Assembly: GCF_006345805.1 (NCBI RefSeq) | Contig: NC_043009.1 | Coordinates: forward strand, 53,134,001 to 53,198,000 | Length of the DNA stretch: 64,000 bases | DNA from: Octopus sinensis | Taxonomy: Eukaryota | Direction of reading: 5' to 3' | Shown here: positions 23,444 to 36,135 of the stretch, piece after piece | Layout of the letters: each line of letters opens with the position of its first letter | Position numbering within the stretch: position 1 is the stretch's first letter | The notes under the pieces: generated by a model | Told to the model about the DNA's origin: nothing | The model's input: the letters and a program-made list of their open reading frames with translations, nothing else | Database searches by the model: none | Program-made: the position numbers and the translations under genes

Positions 23444-24010
23444 CAAATTATTTCGATTTTTTATTTCGATTTATTTCGTCTTGTCCGAAACATATTTGTC
23501 AATGCTCCAAATAAGGCATGTATCCCAGAAGTATTCATACTAATTAACTATCTTTTAAGAGGAGCGGAATGACACCAATTGGTGACAGTCCATTTTGGCG
23601 TAGGAGGCAAACACACACACACACACACACAAACACACACACTCACACACACACACAATCAAATGCATACACGCACAGAAACGTGCACATAGAAAGGGAG
23701 AGGGAGGAGCAATAAAATATGCTCACAATCATAAAATGAGAAAGCGAGAGGGGGGGAGAGAGGGAGACAGACAAATATATATATAGAGGGACAAAGAGAC
23801 AGAAAAAAACCGACAGACAAAACGGGATTGGCTGCAGCTGCTTTAGCGATAGTGAGACACTGGAGGCAAACAAATAACGCGCACGGGCGCACAGACGCGA
23901 AAAGAATAAAAGAGGGGAGAGTCGGGAGGGGAGAGTTGGGAGAGGGAGACATTATAACATATTAATTGAACACGAATAACAAACACTTCCCCTCCCAGTG
24001 TCGGTGTGGT
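23444..24010 (-). promoter_or_regulatory. Candidate host promoter / non-coding first exon
   Basis: Non-repetitive, CpG-containing segment with ATTGG (CCAAT) and purine/pyrimidine tracts; strong minus-strand donor TTG|GTGAGT at 23444/23443; only short uORFs. Confidence 0.3.
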
Positions 24011-24199
24011 ATGAGTGCGTATGTGTGAACGTGTTAAACAAGTATTTTCCCCCCTTTGTTATCAAGGGAAATTGTATACTGCTGGGCGTAAAAATACAAA
24101 TAAGATAAGATTACAACAGGTAAGATAGACAGGTGATTTCTTGCTAAGCTTCATTGATTTCAAAGATCATTTCGTGGAAATTTTTTGACTGTTTTGATG

Positions 24200-24386
24200 T
24201 TCACTGTTCATTTAATGGTTTCAAATATTGGACTACGACCATACTAAGGTTTAGTCGAGCAAATTGACTCCAGGCACTTATTCTATCGGTCTCGTTTACC
24301 GAACTGCTAGGATCAAAACATACCATCACCGGTTGTCGAGTTCTGGAGGGAACAAACACAAATACGGAGACATACACACATACGAG

Positions 24387-24425
<39 letters not shown>

Positions 24426-24700
24426 ATATATACGGCGGGCTTCCTTACAATTTCCTCAGCTAAATTCACCAACAAGAGCAGTTGTAAGACAGGGGCTTAA
24501 GTAAAACTCGACAACCGGTGATGGTATGTTTCGATCCATACGACTTAGCAGTTCGGCAAAAGAGACCGATAGAATAAGTGCCTGGAGTCAATTTGCTCGA
24601 CTAAAATTAGTTTGGTCGCTGTACAAAGTGCTGCGTAGTGAGACCCAACCCGAAACTTCTTGGTTGCAAAGTGAGCTGCTTCTTAACCACACAGCCAACG
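24200..24700 (-). mobile_element. Degenerate SINE family A with internal inverted duplication
   Basis: 24250-24342 is mirrored at 24505-24605. Confidence 0.75.
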
Positions 24701-25239
24701 CTGGTAAAAATTAAGGCTTATTTTAATGTATAACGAAGTAAAATATGTAATAGATTTATTTTTGATATTTTGAGAAAGTGATATTGATAAACTTATCTTT
24801 TGTATTTTAGTTTATTTCATTTTTATTTTTAACCTTACATTTGCCACATTAGGTTGGCAAACAACCTTTACTTTAAAGTACTGCTACTGAAAATCTCCCA
24901 TTGAGAGATTTAGGAGCAATAATGTTTCTATTTATTAGACCAGAGGCTGTGTGTCGCTTAGACAATCATATACATTTTCGAACGAGAGTTTAGTTGCGCC
25001 AGCTCAGCCAACCAGTTATTCTGTGTTGATGAAGTCAAATAACCCAGAAACCCTGCGGTCCAAAGGTACTTCTTTGTGATGGGAGTGGGTGTTAAACTCC
25101 CCTGTTCGAAAATATAAGGACACAGATTGTGTTATAGCCAGCTGGAGACGATGTCCCCAGGGACTAAACAACAATAGCATTCGTCCCAATCGGGACTGCC
25201 ATATTAGGTTGGAAAATAACCTATATATATATGTATATA

Positions 25240-25452
25240 CAGTGTACCCCCGCTTATTCGCGTTTTCGGCATTCGCGGTGCTGGTTATTCGCGGAACGAA
25301 CAATTGTTTGTGGAAACCACCGTCGCATATTCGCGGAATCGTGAATATCGTCCGCAAATTTTTATGACTTCTTTCGCGGCAATCGCTCTCTCTCTCTCTC
25401 ACACACTCTCTCTCTCACACTCTCTCTCTCTCACACTCTCTCTCTTTCTCTC

Positions 25453-25490
<38 letters not shown>

Positions 25491-26340
25491 ATAGTATAGA
25501 TTACTGTATCTAGTGGTAATACAAACTAAATTCTTCTGAACCATGATTATTTTAAACTTCTGCTCAATCTCCCATTGGTGGTATGCATATATTAGACATA
25601 TTTTGGGGGAAAACTGCATCTAGTAGCTATCTCGAGTGTTTTGTTGCGTGTTGTATTTTTTGCAGCATGTTATTAAAGCCCTAAGATGCCACCCAAACGC
25701 CCTACACCTTCTAAGGGAACCTAATTGCCAGAAAAGGGTTATGATGTTACATGAGGAGATAAAACTGATGGATATGCTCCAGGAAGGTAAAAGTTATGCA
25801 GCCGTGCGTTGCTGTTATGATCTCAACGAAAGCATTATATACTCCATGAAGAAGAACGACGTAGCAATCAGGTCTACCGTAGCAGTAAGTCTCTGTGAAA
25901 GCGGCAGGACTACCGTCGCAGTTGGTTTCAGTGAAAGTGCCAAAACGTCAGTGAGAAATAAGCACTTGGATAGGATAGAATCTACCTTGACATTGTGGAT
26001 CAGTAGCTGCAAGAGGAAAAACATTCCATTCAGTGATAACATTATCCGCGAGAAAGCGCGGAAATTATACTAGCGGTTCGACAGAGGAGACGGAGCAGAA
26101 GACACCGAAGAACCGCAACCAAGACAGACCATTGACAGAACATGAAAAATGAGACGCTCATCGCAAGCTGGAAAAAGGTGTAGCCGGAGACTGTCCTGGA
26201 CTACGAGGGCTTCTCACCTGAAGATATTCAGCATGAGACTGTCAACAATGCGGTGAAATTGGCAAAGGTACTTTGAGGCGAAGGTTTTGAAGACATCACA
26301 CAAAATGAGGTCAACAATCTCTTCAATGCCCACTCTGATA
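25240..26340 (+). mobile_element. Tigger/pogo-like DNA transposon remnant
   Basis: TA+CAGTGTACCCCCGCTTATTCGCG left TIR; MPPKRP...KRVMMLHEEIKLMDMLQEGKSYAAV...NES; E..L.LWI......IP.S..IIREKARKLY (CENP-B-type HTH); internally deleted. Confidence 0.8.
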
Positions 26341-26747
26341 CACATAAAACATTGGATATAAGTTGAGATAAGTCAAAATGTAAATGAATAAACAAAAGGG
26401 CAAGAAAAGGAACATGGACATTCTATTCTATGTCATCAGGTGACCTTTGCAATTTCTTACATTTTGCTTATCTTACCTTGTAGTCAATGCTTATGAATAT
26501 GTTTGTGTTTGTGAGTTTTTACTCGCATAGGCATATAGATTTCTTTGTAAACTTTACTCCGAAACTCATCTGCTAATCATCAAAAAGCACACTCAAAAAT
26601 TACTCTATCTTTCTATTACCAAAAAAAAAAAAAAAAATTGAAGCACCTCTGATATCCCCCCACCTCTGAAAAATAAAAAGTAAATGACATGACAAGTCTT
26701 TATCATCGGCATCATCGTGATTTATTAGACTCGATATTACTATAACC

Positions 26748-27087
26748 TGAGTGGCTGTGTGGCAAGTTGCTTGCTTACCAACCATATTGTTCTGGGTTCA
26801 GTCCCACTGCGTTGCACCTTGGGCAAGTGTCTTCTGCTACAGCCGCCGGCCAACCGAAGGCTTGTGAGTGGATTTGGTAGACGGAAACTGAAAGAAGCCC
26901 GTCGTATATATGAATATATATATATATATATACTCATTATCTTTTATTAAACTTTTAATAATTTTGATATATATTTAAAATAATATAAATTAATTAATAT
27001 TATGTATTGGCTTAAGTTTTTCATTGTTTGATTTGCCTAATAGTGGTTTTATCTCTAACTTAATATTATATATATATGTATATGTAT

Positions 27088-27174
<87 letters not shown>

Positions 27175-27397
27175 TGTGTGTGTGTTTGTGTGTCTGTGTT
27201 TGTCCTCCGACCATCACTTGACAACCGATGCTGGTGTGTTTCCATCCCCTTAACTTAGCTGTTCGGCAAAAGAGACCGATAGAATAAGTACTAGGATTAT
27301 AAAGAATAAGTTCTGAGGTGGATTCGTTCGATTAAAGGCGGTGCTCCAGCATTGCCACAGTCAAATGACTGAAACAAATAAGAGAGTAAAAGAGTAG
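26748..27397 (+). mobile_element. SINE family A with a ~135-bp AT-rich insertion inside its internal (TA)n
   Basis: 5' half 26748-26905, insertion ~26932-27068, 3' half ~27180-27397. Confidence 0.85.
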
Positions 27398-27551
27398 ACA
27401 TATAAAAAATGGGCCGATTCAGTTATTGCTCGGAAGATTGAAAGAAACGATGAACAGCCTTAATCCATTTTCGAAACTTATCAGAGGTGTCTACATCAAT
27501 TTGACAAATTCCAGAGAAACAAGAGGCCAATCTGTTTAAATACTCAACATA

Positions 27552-27716
27552 GGCGCAGGAGTGGCTGTTTGGTAAGTAGCTTGCTAACCAACCACATGGT
27601 TCCGGGTTCAGTCCCACTGCGTGTCATCTTGGGCAAGTGTCTTCTGCTATAGCCCCGGGCCGACCAATGCCTTGTGAGTGGATTTGGTAGATGGAAACTG
27701 AAAGAAGCCTGTCGTA

Positions 27717-27750
<34 letters not shown>

Positions 27751-27970
27751 TGAATATGTTTGTGTCTGTGTTTGTTCCCTCTAGCATTGCTTGACAACCG
27801 ATGCTGGTGTGTTTAAGTCCCCGTCACTTAGCGATTCGGCAAAAGAGACCGATAGAATAAGTACTGGGCTTACAAAGAATAAGTCCCGGGATCGATTTGC
27901 TCGACTAAAGGCGGTGCTCCAGCATGGCCGCAGTCAAATGACTGAAACAAGTAAAAAGAGTAAAAAGAGT
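27552..27970 (+). mobile_element. SINE family A, full length, young subfamily
   Basis: Full copy; near-identical to 3667-4087. Confidence 0.92.
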
Positions 27971-28231
27971 AAGTTCGGTATGTATAGAGGAGAGGGAATA
28001 CTTATCTGCTTAGCGTGTGAACAGTATGTTTAATATCAAGGACCTGTGAACGGATGTCTTAGTCAAAACCATATCAAGGTATGATATATTAAATATATAC
28101 GCGACCTATGTCGTAGGCATATTAACGGGGTTAGTTTAGTATTTCACCGGATTTAAAAGATATACATGTATTCATACACACACACACTCTCTCTCTCTCA
28201 CTCATATAGACATTCGGAAATTATATATATA

Positions 28232-28630
28232 CTAGCAGTATCGCCCGGCGTTGCTCGGGTTTGTAAGGGAAATAACTATATAAGCATTTTTAGAGAGTTA
28301 TAGCCAAAAAATAGCAAAAAAATGCATTAAAAATGGAAAAAACATGATGGTAATTTTTTTTTAAATCGTTGACTCATCGTAGACATTTTTAGAGAGTTAC
28401 TTCCCTTATATAATAGCGAAAAAAATGCATTTAAAATGGAAAAATATGATGGTAAATTATTTTAAAAATCGTAGACTCATCGTAGACGCGCGCTAATACC
28501 CAGAAGGGCTCGATATGAATCACGACTATAAGATACCCGGTTTTGGTTAAACTGCACCGTAAAATGTGGGAGTAGTTAGGAATCTAAATCGTAGGAGACA
28601 GACACACAACTTCACTTTTGTATATAAAGA
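28232..28630 (-). mobile_element. Complete non-autonomous Helitron (~400 bp)
   Basis: Minus strand: A^TCTTTATATA 5' end; 3' hairpin CCCGAGCAACGCCGGG followed by CTAG^T; inserted between A and T without TSD; internal ~100-bp direct repeat. Confidence 0.8.
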
Positions 28631-28637
28631 TGTGTAT

Positions 28638-28668
<31 letters not shown>

Positions 28669-29394
28669 TGTGTGTGTGTGTGTCTGTAATGGAATGCTGA
28701 AAAATTGCTGGCTCTATGGTTACTGCGAAAGGTTTGGGTGGAGGTCCAACCTTCCGCGTTCTTTTATAGGGCTTAGAAAAACTAAAAGGCTGTTGCAATT
28801 GTGAATTTGTGAGGGGTGTATGTTAGATAAAATCATAATTAAATGAACCTCCTGTATTTTCTTTTACCGAAAGCCAGGAACTTTTCGGCACCCCATCGTA
28901 TATATGTATATCTGATATATCTGTTACAATATTATCTTATTTCGATTTCTAGTGAGGAATCATGGAATAAATTTCGTGCATGTAGGCATAATTTAACTGT
29001 AAACAATTTATGAATTTTATACATCTTTTTGAAATAGCTTAAAAGCTGTATAACTGCTGATTTCGATGTACTAGGTAAACACATCGAATGTAGGACTTCG
29101 AATTTGTTCACGCTTTTGTTGTTGATATTTGAGTGCATGCCTTACCATAGAATAATTAAGTCATAGACAACCAGTCAAACAACTCGCTAACCAAGCAACT
29201 TTCAACTGCCAATGAGTGCTAGTAAACAATATGCATGAAGTACAATACAGCAATCAATCTCTGAATAGTAGCAACACTGTAAAATTTATTGGCAAGTGCT
29301 ACACCTTGTTATTTTGTATTCAACTGAATCCATTGGTGTAGAGAGGATAGAGAGGGACTCCACTATTCTTGCTTGGCCTTATGGAAAAATCTGT

Positions 29395-29667
29395 TACAAC
29401 GAAGGAATTATTTGGAGTTTGAACAATTCACCTCTGGAAACATGGGTGCTTCGTTCATCATCCTCAGACAAGCCTAATTTAGGGACCTTTTGAGTGGGAT
29501 GGACTATCCGACCTCAAGATTCTAACCGGGCCCCACCTGCAAAGCTATGAGATCAGCATATGGTTGTGACTGGTGTACCCTTATCAGACGGGTAGTGATG
29601 ATGGGTATAGTGGGCTTCATATATATGTACCCCAGTGTTATTTTTATGGTATGCCCTGCCTTCTCAC

Positions 29668-29727
<60 letters not shown>
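29395..29727 (+). mobile_element. Diverged second copy of the 22073 element with (AAT)n tail
   Basis: aattcacctctggaaacatgggtg...gggccccacctgcaa...cccttatcagacgggtagtgatgatgggtat. Confidence 0.7.
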
Positions 29728-29731
<4 letters not shown>

Positions 29732-30385
29732 CAACAACGATGACGACAACGACGACGATAATAATAACAAATTACATACATCCTCACCAAAAGTATGTAT
29801 CAATTTCTCGATGAAAGCAATATCCTTCCCATTGAACTGTGAGGTATACATTTAAATTGAGGTGGAGAGTGGTGGGAAGAAAGGCATGTTAATAGTAGTG
29901 GTTATGCCTGCAACAGTAGAATATTATGGTGATGTTGATGATGATGATGATGAGTCAATTGTAGTATTGTGAAATGAAGAATGTGGATAGATTTTAATTG
30001 TGGAGTGTAAAAAACCATTAATTGTGTTATTTTTGAGGAATGGTCGTACCGCTAGTCATGCAGCTGTTGTTGCTGTTGTTGTTGTTGTCATTGCTGCTGC
30101 TTCCTTGTCCTGTTTTTATTCTTTATGTGTACTGTTTTTTTTCATTTGTATTGCTTTTACGTCCTGTTCTTGTCACCTTTTTTTTACCCCTCTGCAAAAG
30201 AATTTTATTTAATTCATTTTGCAGGAAGGACTACTTCGGCCGGATCGTGTTCTGCCCTTACCTTCGAAACACGCATTGAGTCGAAACAGGGGCAGCTGAT
30301 GAAGGGGAATATTCCTTGTATTGTCTGTCTTGTACTCTGTTTTTTCGTTGTTAAAAAAAGTTCGTTTCCTTGTTTGATTTTATGT

Positions 30386-30488
<103 letters not shown>

Positions 30489-30554
30489 TGTATATATACA
30501 TATAGATGTAGGTATGTACATATATGTATGCATATGTTTTATTTATTAAATTGT

Positions 30555-30596
<42 letters not shown>

Positions 30597-30684
30597 CAAA
30601 GTGGAGTTGTAGGGTATACTTTTAATTTTCATGTTGACGATGCTTTAGTTCTGTAGTATATTCATTTATGGAATTACATTGGAA

Positions 30685-30949
30685 ATTGTCTTCTACTACT
30701 GCCCGGGCTTACCAAAGCCTTGTAACTGGAATTAGTGAACGGAAATCGAGAGAAACGTATCATTTATGCATGTATGCACGCATGTATGTATGCATGTATG
30801 TATGTATGTATGTTCATGAATTTGTTTTGCAAAATCCTTGATGTGAAATCGTGTGAAGAAATTTATACTGAGGTGAATTATTCAAACCCCAAAGAATTCC
30901 TGTCAGGACATGGTTATGATGCTTCCCTACTACTCCTGCTCGTGCGTGC

Positions 30950-30984
<35 letters not shown>

Positions 30985-31182
30985 GGGGGTATCATTGTGT
31001 TTGGTCTCCAATTGCCTAATATTTGAAAACCAGTGTTGGTTTGCTTACATTCCTGTAAATTAGTGGTTCGTCAAAGGAACCATTAGAAAAACATGACTAC
31101 TAGGGTCGACTTGTTCGGCTAAAACCCTTCAAGGTGGTGTCCCATCCTGGCCGCTGTCCAATGACTGAAACAAGTAAAAGAA
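30685..31182 (+). mobile_element. Degenerate SINE family A with an inserted fragment of the 22073 element
   Basis: tgtcttctactact...accaaagccttg; 3' aaggtggtgtcccatcctggccgctgtccaatgactgaaacaagtaaaag. Confidence 0.65.
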
Positions 31183-31782
31183 TTTTGAAAATATTGTGAA
31201 GGGGAAAAAAACCCCAGAAACAAAATAAAACAGAAATTATGTTACAAGGTGAGATATTATCAAATAATGTTTTACGCATCATTAACTACTAAATGATTAA
31301 AGAAACAAAATTATGTACAGAGGTCGCGATAATCGACAGTAAACCTTCAGCAAATTGAAAACTACTTAAGTTAAAAACTAAATATTTATTTGTGTTTATC
31401 AGATAGTTGTTTCCTATTTTTATACTATACAGTTTTTCTTATCACGCGTGTTCTATTTTTTGGGTCACCTTCTGTAAAATCCATCCACTCGTTTTGCAAA
31501 AACTCATCATTCTGGCTGGACGAAACCAATCTGCACACCCTCAGTGTATCAGGAGGGCCACATCTCCATCATCCTACCCGCTTCTATTTTTTTTTGTTTG
31601 TATGTTATGCATATATATCCCTTCTTTTTCAATGTATACTATATGTACTTCTTTCCTTTTTTGTTAAATCCTTTCATTATATGTAAACCTCCGAGCTTTA
31701 TGTCTGTCTTTGTCTTGTCCCCATCATCCTTTGCCCTTGAGGTAAATAAATGAAATTATTATTATTATTGTTGTTGTTGTTG

Positions 31783-31817
<35 letters not shown>

Positions 31818-31819
<2 letters not shown>

Positions 31820-32067
31820 AGTGAGGAAAGGCGTTTCCATGGCTGAGGAAAGGAGAGCACAGCTGTGGTCGGACAGGCGGGACAGGAGGGGGACAACTGC
31901 AGCAACACCCCACACGTACCCATCGATGTTCGTGTGCAGCAACTGTACCAGGGACTGCCACTCTAGAATTGGACTGTTCAGTCACAGCAGACGCTGCTCA
32001 TCATCAAAGTAGGCCCCACCCTTGGCGCAACCCATTGTCTATCAAGACAGACGGGAAAAGAAGAAGA

Positions 32068-32068
<1 letters not shown>
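31818..32068 (+). mobile_element. RTE-like LINE 3' end (C-terminal zinc finger + 3' UTR, (GAA)n tail)
   Basis: FVCSNCTRDCHSRIGLFSHSRRC*; flanked by (TAT)n on both sides. Confidence 0.75.
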
Positions 32069-32132
<64 letters not shown>

Positions 32133-32565
32133 GAAGTGTTGGCAGAATCGTTAGTGCGCTGGACAAAATGTTTAAGCGATATTTCGCCCGTCGCTATGTT
32201 CTCAGTTCAATTCCGCCGATGTCGACTTCGCCTTTCATCCTTTCGGGGTCGATAAAATAAGTATCAGTTGAACACTGGGGTCGATGTAATCGACTCCTCC
32301 CCACCTCCCACAAGCTGCCCATGTGGCAAAAAGTTCGAAATAACAATAGTTATTATTATTATTATTAAGAATGGCAGAATCTTTATTACGCTGCACGAAA
32401 TGATTAATGGTATTTCGTCCACATGCCGGGCGAAATGCTGAGCAGTATTTCGTCTGCCGCTACAATCTGACTTCAAATTCCGCCGAGGTCGACTTTGCCT
32501 ATCATCCTTTCGGGATCGATAAATTAAGTACCAGTCAAATAATAGGGTCGATGTAATTGACTATT
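32133..32565 (+). mobile_element. Two adjacent SINE family B copies
   Basis: ggcagaatcgttag...gcctttcatcctttcggggtcgataaa (32133-32340); second copy 32368-32565. Confidence 0.8.
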
Positions 32566-32639
32566 GAATGTAATCGAATTCTGAGGTTTAAATACTTGAA
32601 GTTTCATACTTTAAATCTAAACAAAACTTACAATATGGC

Positions 32640-33384
32640 CTCGTAAGCCGTGGGCATGAAGAATTCTAGCAGCATTTTCAAAATTTCCTTCCCTTCACTA
32701 CTAAATATGGTTGACGGGGAGGGAAAGAGTAGCGGCGACACCACCACCACAATCACCACCACCACCAACAACCACACTATTAACACAGACAGAGGCATGA
32801 AGGAGGGAGCGGAGGAGAACTCTAACACCGCTACCACCACTGCCATCACGGGGACCAACCAAAATAACAAAAAATAAGCAAGAAGGTGAAGAGAAGGAAG
32901 GAGGAATTCTTTCAAGTGAAGCGCCTACAGTTGTCTCCACCGACACCACTACCATGTCAAACTGACAAAAAGAAAGAATTACTAGAACAACAACATCGTC
33001 TGCAAACACAATGTGGATTTGCAGAAATGTGCCGCAGAATGGAAGAGGTGAAATTTCCAGAAACTGCCCTGGCTAAAAGAAAACTCTGTCTAACAAGAAC
33101 TGGCAGGACGGTCCACCTGAATACGCCAGAAGAGGTGCAGGAAGGGATACAGAGGAAGACAGTAATATACAGATGTATATTTTTAAAGGTGCGCAAGATA
33201 GATAGACCCACACAGGCACAAGTCGAAAAATGTCTGAGACCTGTATGTAATATAAAAAACTTATATTGCACGTGGCAAAAACTATGGTAGAGTAGAGGTG
33301 AGATTTTCAATCAGAACAATAGGCCAAAGAAAATGCAACAACAACAACTCTGAAAACTGAAGAATTACATATAATTCCGAGGTA
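32640..33384 (+). pseudogene. Possible retrotransposon ORF1 5' remnant (family unresolved)
   Basis: Extended, frameshifted coding-like stretch with a Thr-rich N-terminus and charged segment; ends abruptly at a 5'-truncated SINE. Confidence 0.3.
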
Positions 33385-33790
<406 letters not shown>

Positions 33791-33989
33791 TAATGGAGTA
33801 TGTTGCTTCTGTGTGCGTCATGTACTGGGAAGATTGCCTTTGTACATTTGTTAAACGTATTTTCATCACATGATTTTGACCCCGGCGATTTAGTATCGTA
33901 CAATGGGCACATGTGGGGTGGGTAGCCCTCTTATACCTAACTTCCCCAGTGAATGACTTCATTCAAACCGCTGTTAGCGTATTTGATTC

Positions 33990-34487
33990 TCTCATCATCA
34001 TTCATCATTGTTCGACCGTGGTCGAGACAATGGAATTTACTATGTTACGCCAGACTTCACGGTCCATCATAGCATTACGGAGGTCCTGTTGCTGGATGCC
34101 TGTATCCCTGGAGATTACATCAGGGTAGGAGAGTGTGCGCCCTCTGGTATTGCGAGTAGATGGCTTCCAGAGGAGAAGAGTAGAAATTACTTCTTTTTCA
34201 GCCCTACAAAAATGTCCAGCAAACTGGACTCTCCTACCTTTCATAAGAGATGACACAGGTGGTAGTTTCCCATATATTTGCATTTTGGTTGGATGGCGCT
34301 TCCACGAGAGATTTTGAGCTCTCATAAGGAGGCGAGTGTAGGTTCCATCCAACCGCCTCTCAAGCTTCTTTGATAACGTCCAGGTTTCTGAGCCATATAG
34401 TAGAATTGGTTCGACTGTGGCTTTGAATATTTCAAGTTTGAAGTCTCTACTTAGATTTGATGACCAGATCTTATGCATGTCATTACA
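33990..34487 (-). mobile_element. RTE-clade LINE 3' end (ORF2 C-terminus, (TGA)n-type tail)
   Basis: IFKATVEPILLYGSETWTL...RRVQFAGH..R...LLLWKP...RGR...DREVWR; open frame 34005-34487. Confidence 0.85.
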
Positions 34488-34489
34488 TT

Positions 34490-34790
34490 CTCTACGACTG
34501 CACATTTTCATAGCAAAGGCTCAATCTACTTTCCTTAGTCATCGGAAAGATGACCTGACATCAAATGAAGCAATAGTATTGTTGGACTTTGCAGAAAATT
34601 ATAGTTTTGTAGTGCAGGACGAGGTGCAAGATTTCCATTGGGACAATGCTCAGGCACTATTCATCCATTCGTTATCTACTATATGACCGGAGGAAACCTG
34701 TAATGCACTTCAATCTGTGTCATATCGGATTGTTTGAAACATGACACCACCACAGTGCATGCCTTGATCACGAAGGTAATATTGCATAGA
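34490..34790 (+). pseudogene. DNA transposase fragment, Sola2-like
   Basis: H.FIAKAQS.FL...K..L...EAIVLLDFAENYSFVVQDEVQDFHW; CVISDCLKHDTTTVHA; superfamily assigned from motif recall. Confidence 0.55.
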
Positions 34791-35062
34791 GAAAAAATAA
34801 CTTCTATTCAGTAATTAAAACGGAACAAGGTGAGTTGGTTCTTTCCACAGCCAAAGTCAACGTTTTCACTAACTACTGTCGAAGTAAATGCATGCTTGAC
34901 TCTGTTGAGGCTTCTTTTGTATCCAGATCAGACAGGAATGCAATAATCATAGTTAATCTCTTTATCAGTATCTGTGAAGCCCATTCACGTGCAAGTGGTA
35001 TTTAGCTATCTGTTAGCCAAGCTGCTTCTCTTCCTCCTACTACTCCCCAGTCCTCGAAACTA

Positions 35063-36135
35063 TCAGGTCATCCCATAAGTTCTCTCCGAATTTTGAATGA
35101 AGAAAACAAATAATCAAAAGTTATATTTAATTGAAATTTAATCATCAATGTACTTTCCCTGATTATCTATGACTTCCTTCCCTCTATTTACAAGCTTTTT
35201 AATCCCATCAATGTAAAAGACTTTTGGTTTCAAAGCGAAGAAATGTCAGTTTCGACCTCCTCCTGGCTTGCAAAAGTTATGTCCCCGCAAATGATTCTGT
35301 AAACTACGACACAAATGGTAGTTAGAAGGAGCAAGGTCGGGAGAATAAGGTGGATGAGGAATTTGTTCCTAAGCAAGCTCTTCGATCTTCTGTGATGTGA
35401 TCTTTGCAGTGTGGGGTCGCGCATTGTTCTGATGAAACATCACTCCTTTTCGATTCACTAAAGTGGGTAATTTTTTCTTCAAAGCTTGGTTCAAACGCTC
35501 TAATTGCTGACAATAGACTTGAGCATTGATTGTTGCATTAGGTGGTAACAATTCAAAGTGAATTACTCCTTTGTAATCCCACCAGGTAGAGAGAAGAACT
35601 TTTTCCCATGAAGTTCTCTTCTCGATTGTGGTTGAGTTTTTCGCTTTTACCAAGTCACTGTTTACGACTTTTAACATTTCGATAGAAGATCCAGTTTTCG
35701 TCATCAGTCTCAAGTCTATCTAAAAATAATGAAATGAGCTCGCGAGAATGGAGAATGGAGAGAAGAGCAGATGTCAACTCGGGATTTTCGGTTGCTTTCG
35801 GACAATTCATGAGGTACCCATTTTCCAAGTTTAGGATCCTTTCCAAGTTGTTGAAGATGACGATGAACAGTAGCATGGCTTGAACTAAGCTTTATTGCCA
35901 ATTCTTCAATGCAGGATTTTCTTCAAGTAATGCCTCAAGGAGCTTATCATCAAACTCAACTGGACGTCCTGTTCGATCTTCATCTTCAAGGCTGAAATCT
36001 CCACTTCTGAATTTTGCAAACCATCTTCTGCAAGTTCTTTCATTCAGGCATTCTTTCCCATAAACTGAGTGCATGTTTCGAATCGCTTCGGCTACAGAGT
36101 TTCCTTTTAAGTACTGATAAAGCATTATGCAGGGA
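35063..36135 (-). mobile_element. Mariner transposon remnant (WVPHEL type), 5' end missing
   Basis: RRWFAKFRSGDFSLEDEDRTGRP, GKWVPHEL, TDDENWIFY, HQNNARPH, YSPDLAPS; putative TIR TA+TCAGGTCATCCCATAAGTTC. Confidence 0.88.

Noticed and set aside
30270-30330. GAAA and CTGATGA motifs in a (TA)n-bounded cassette
   Set aside because: The order and stems do not give a complete HHR; at most a decayed relic
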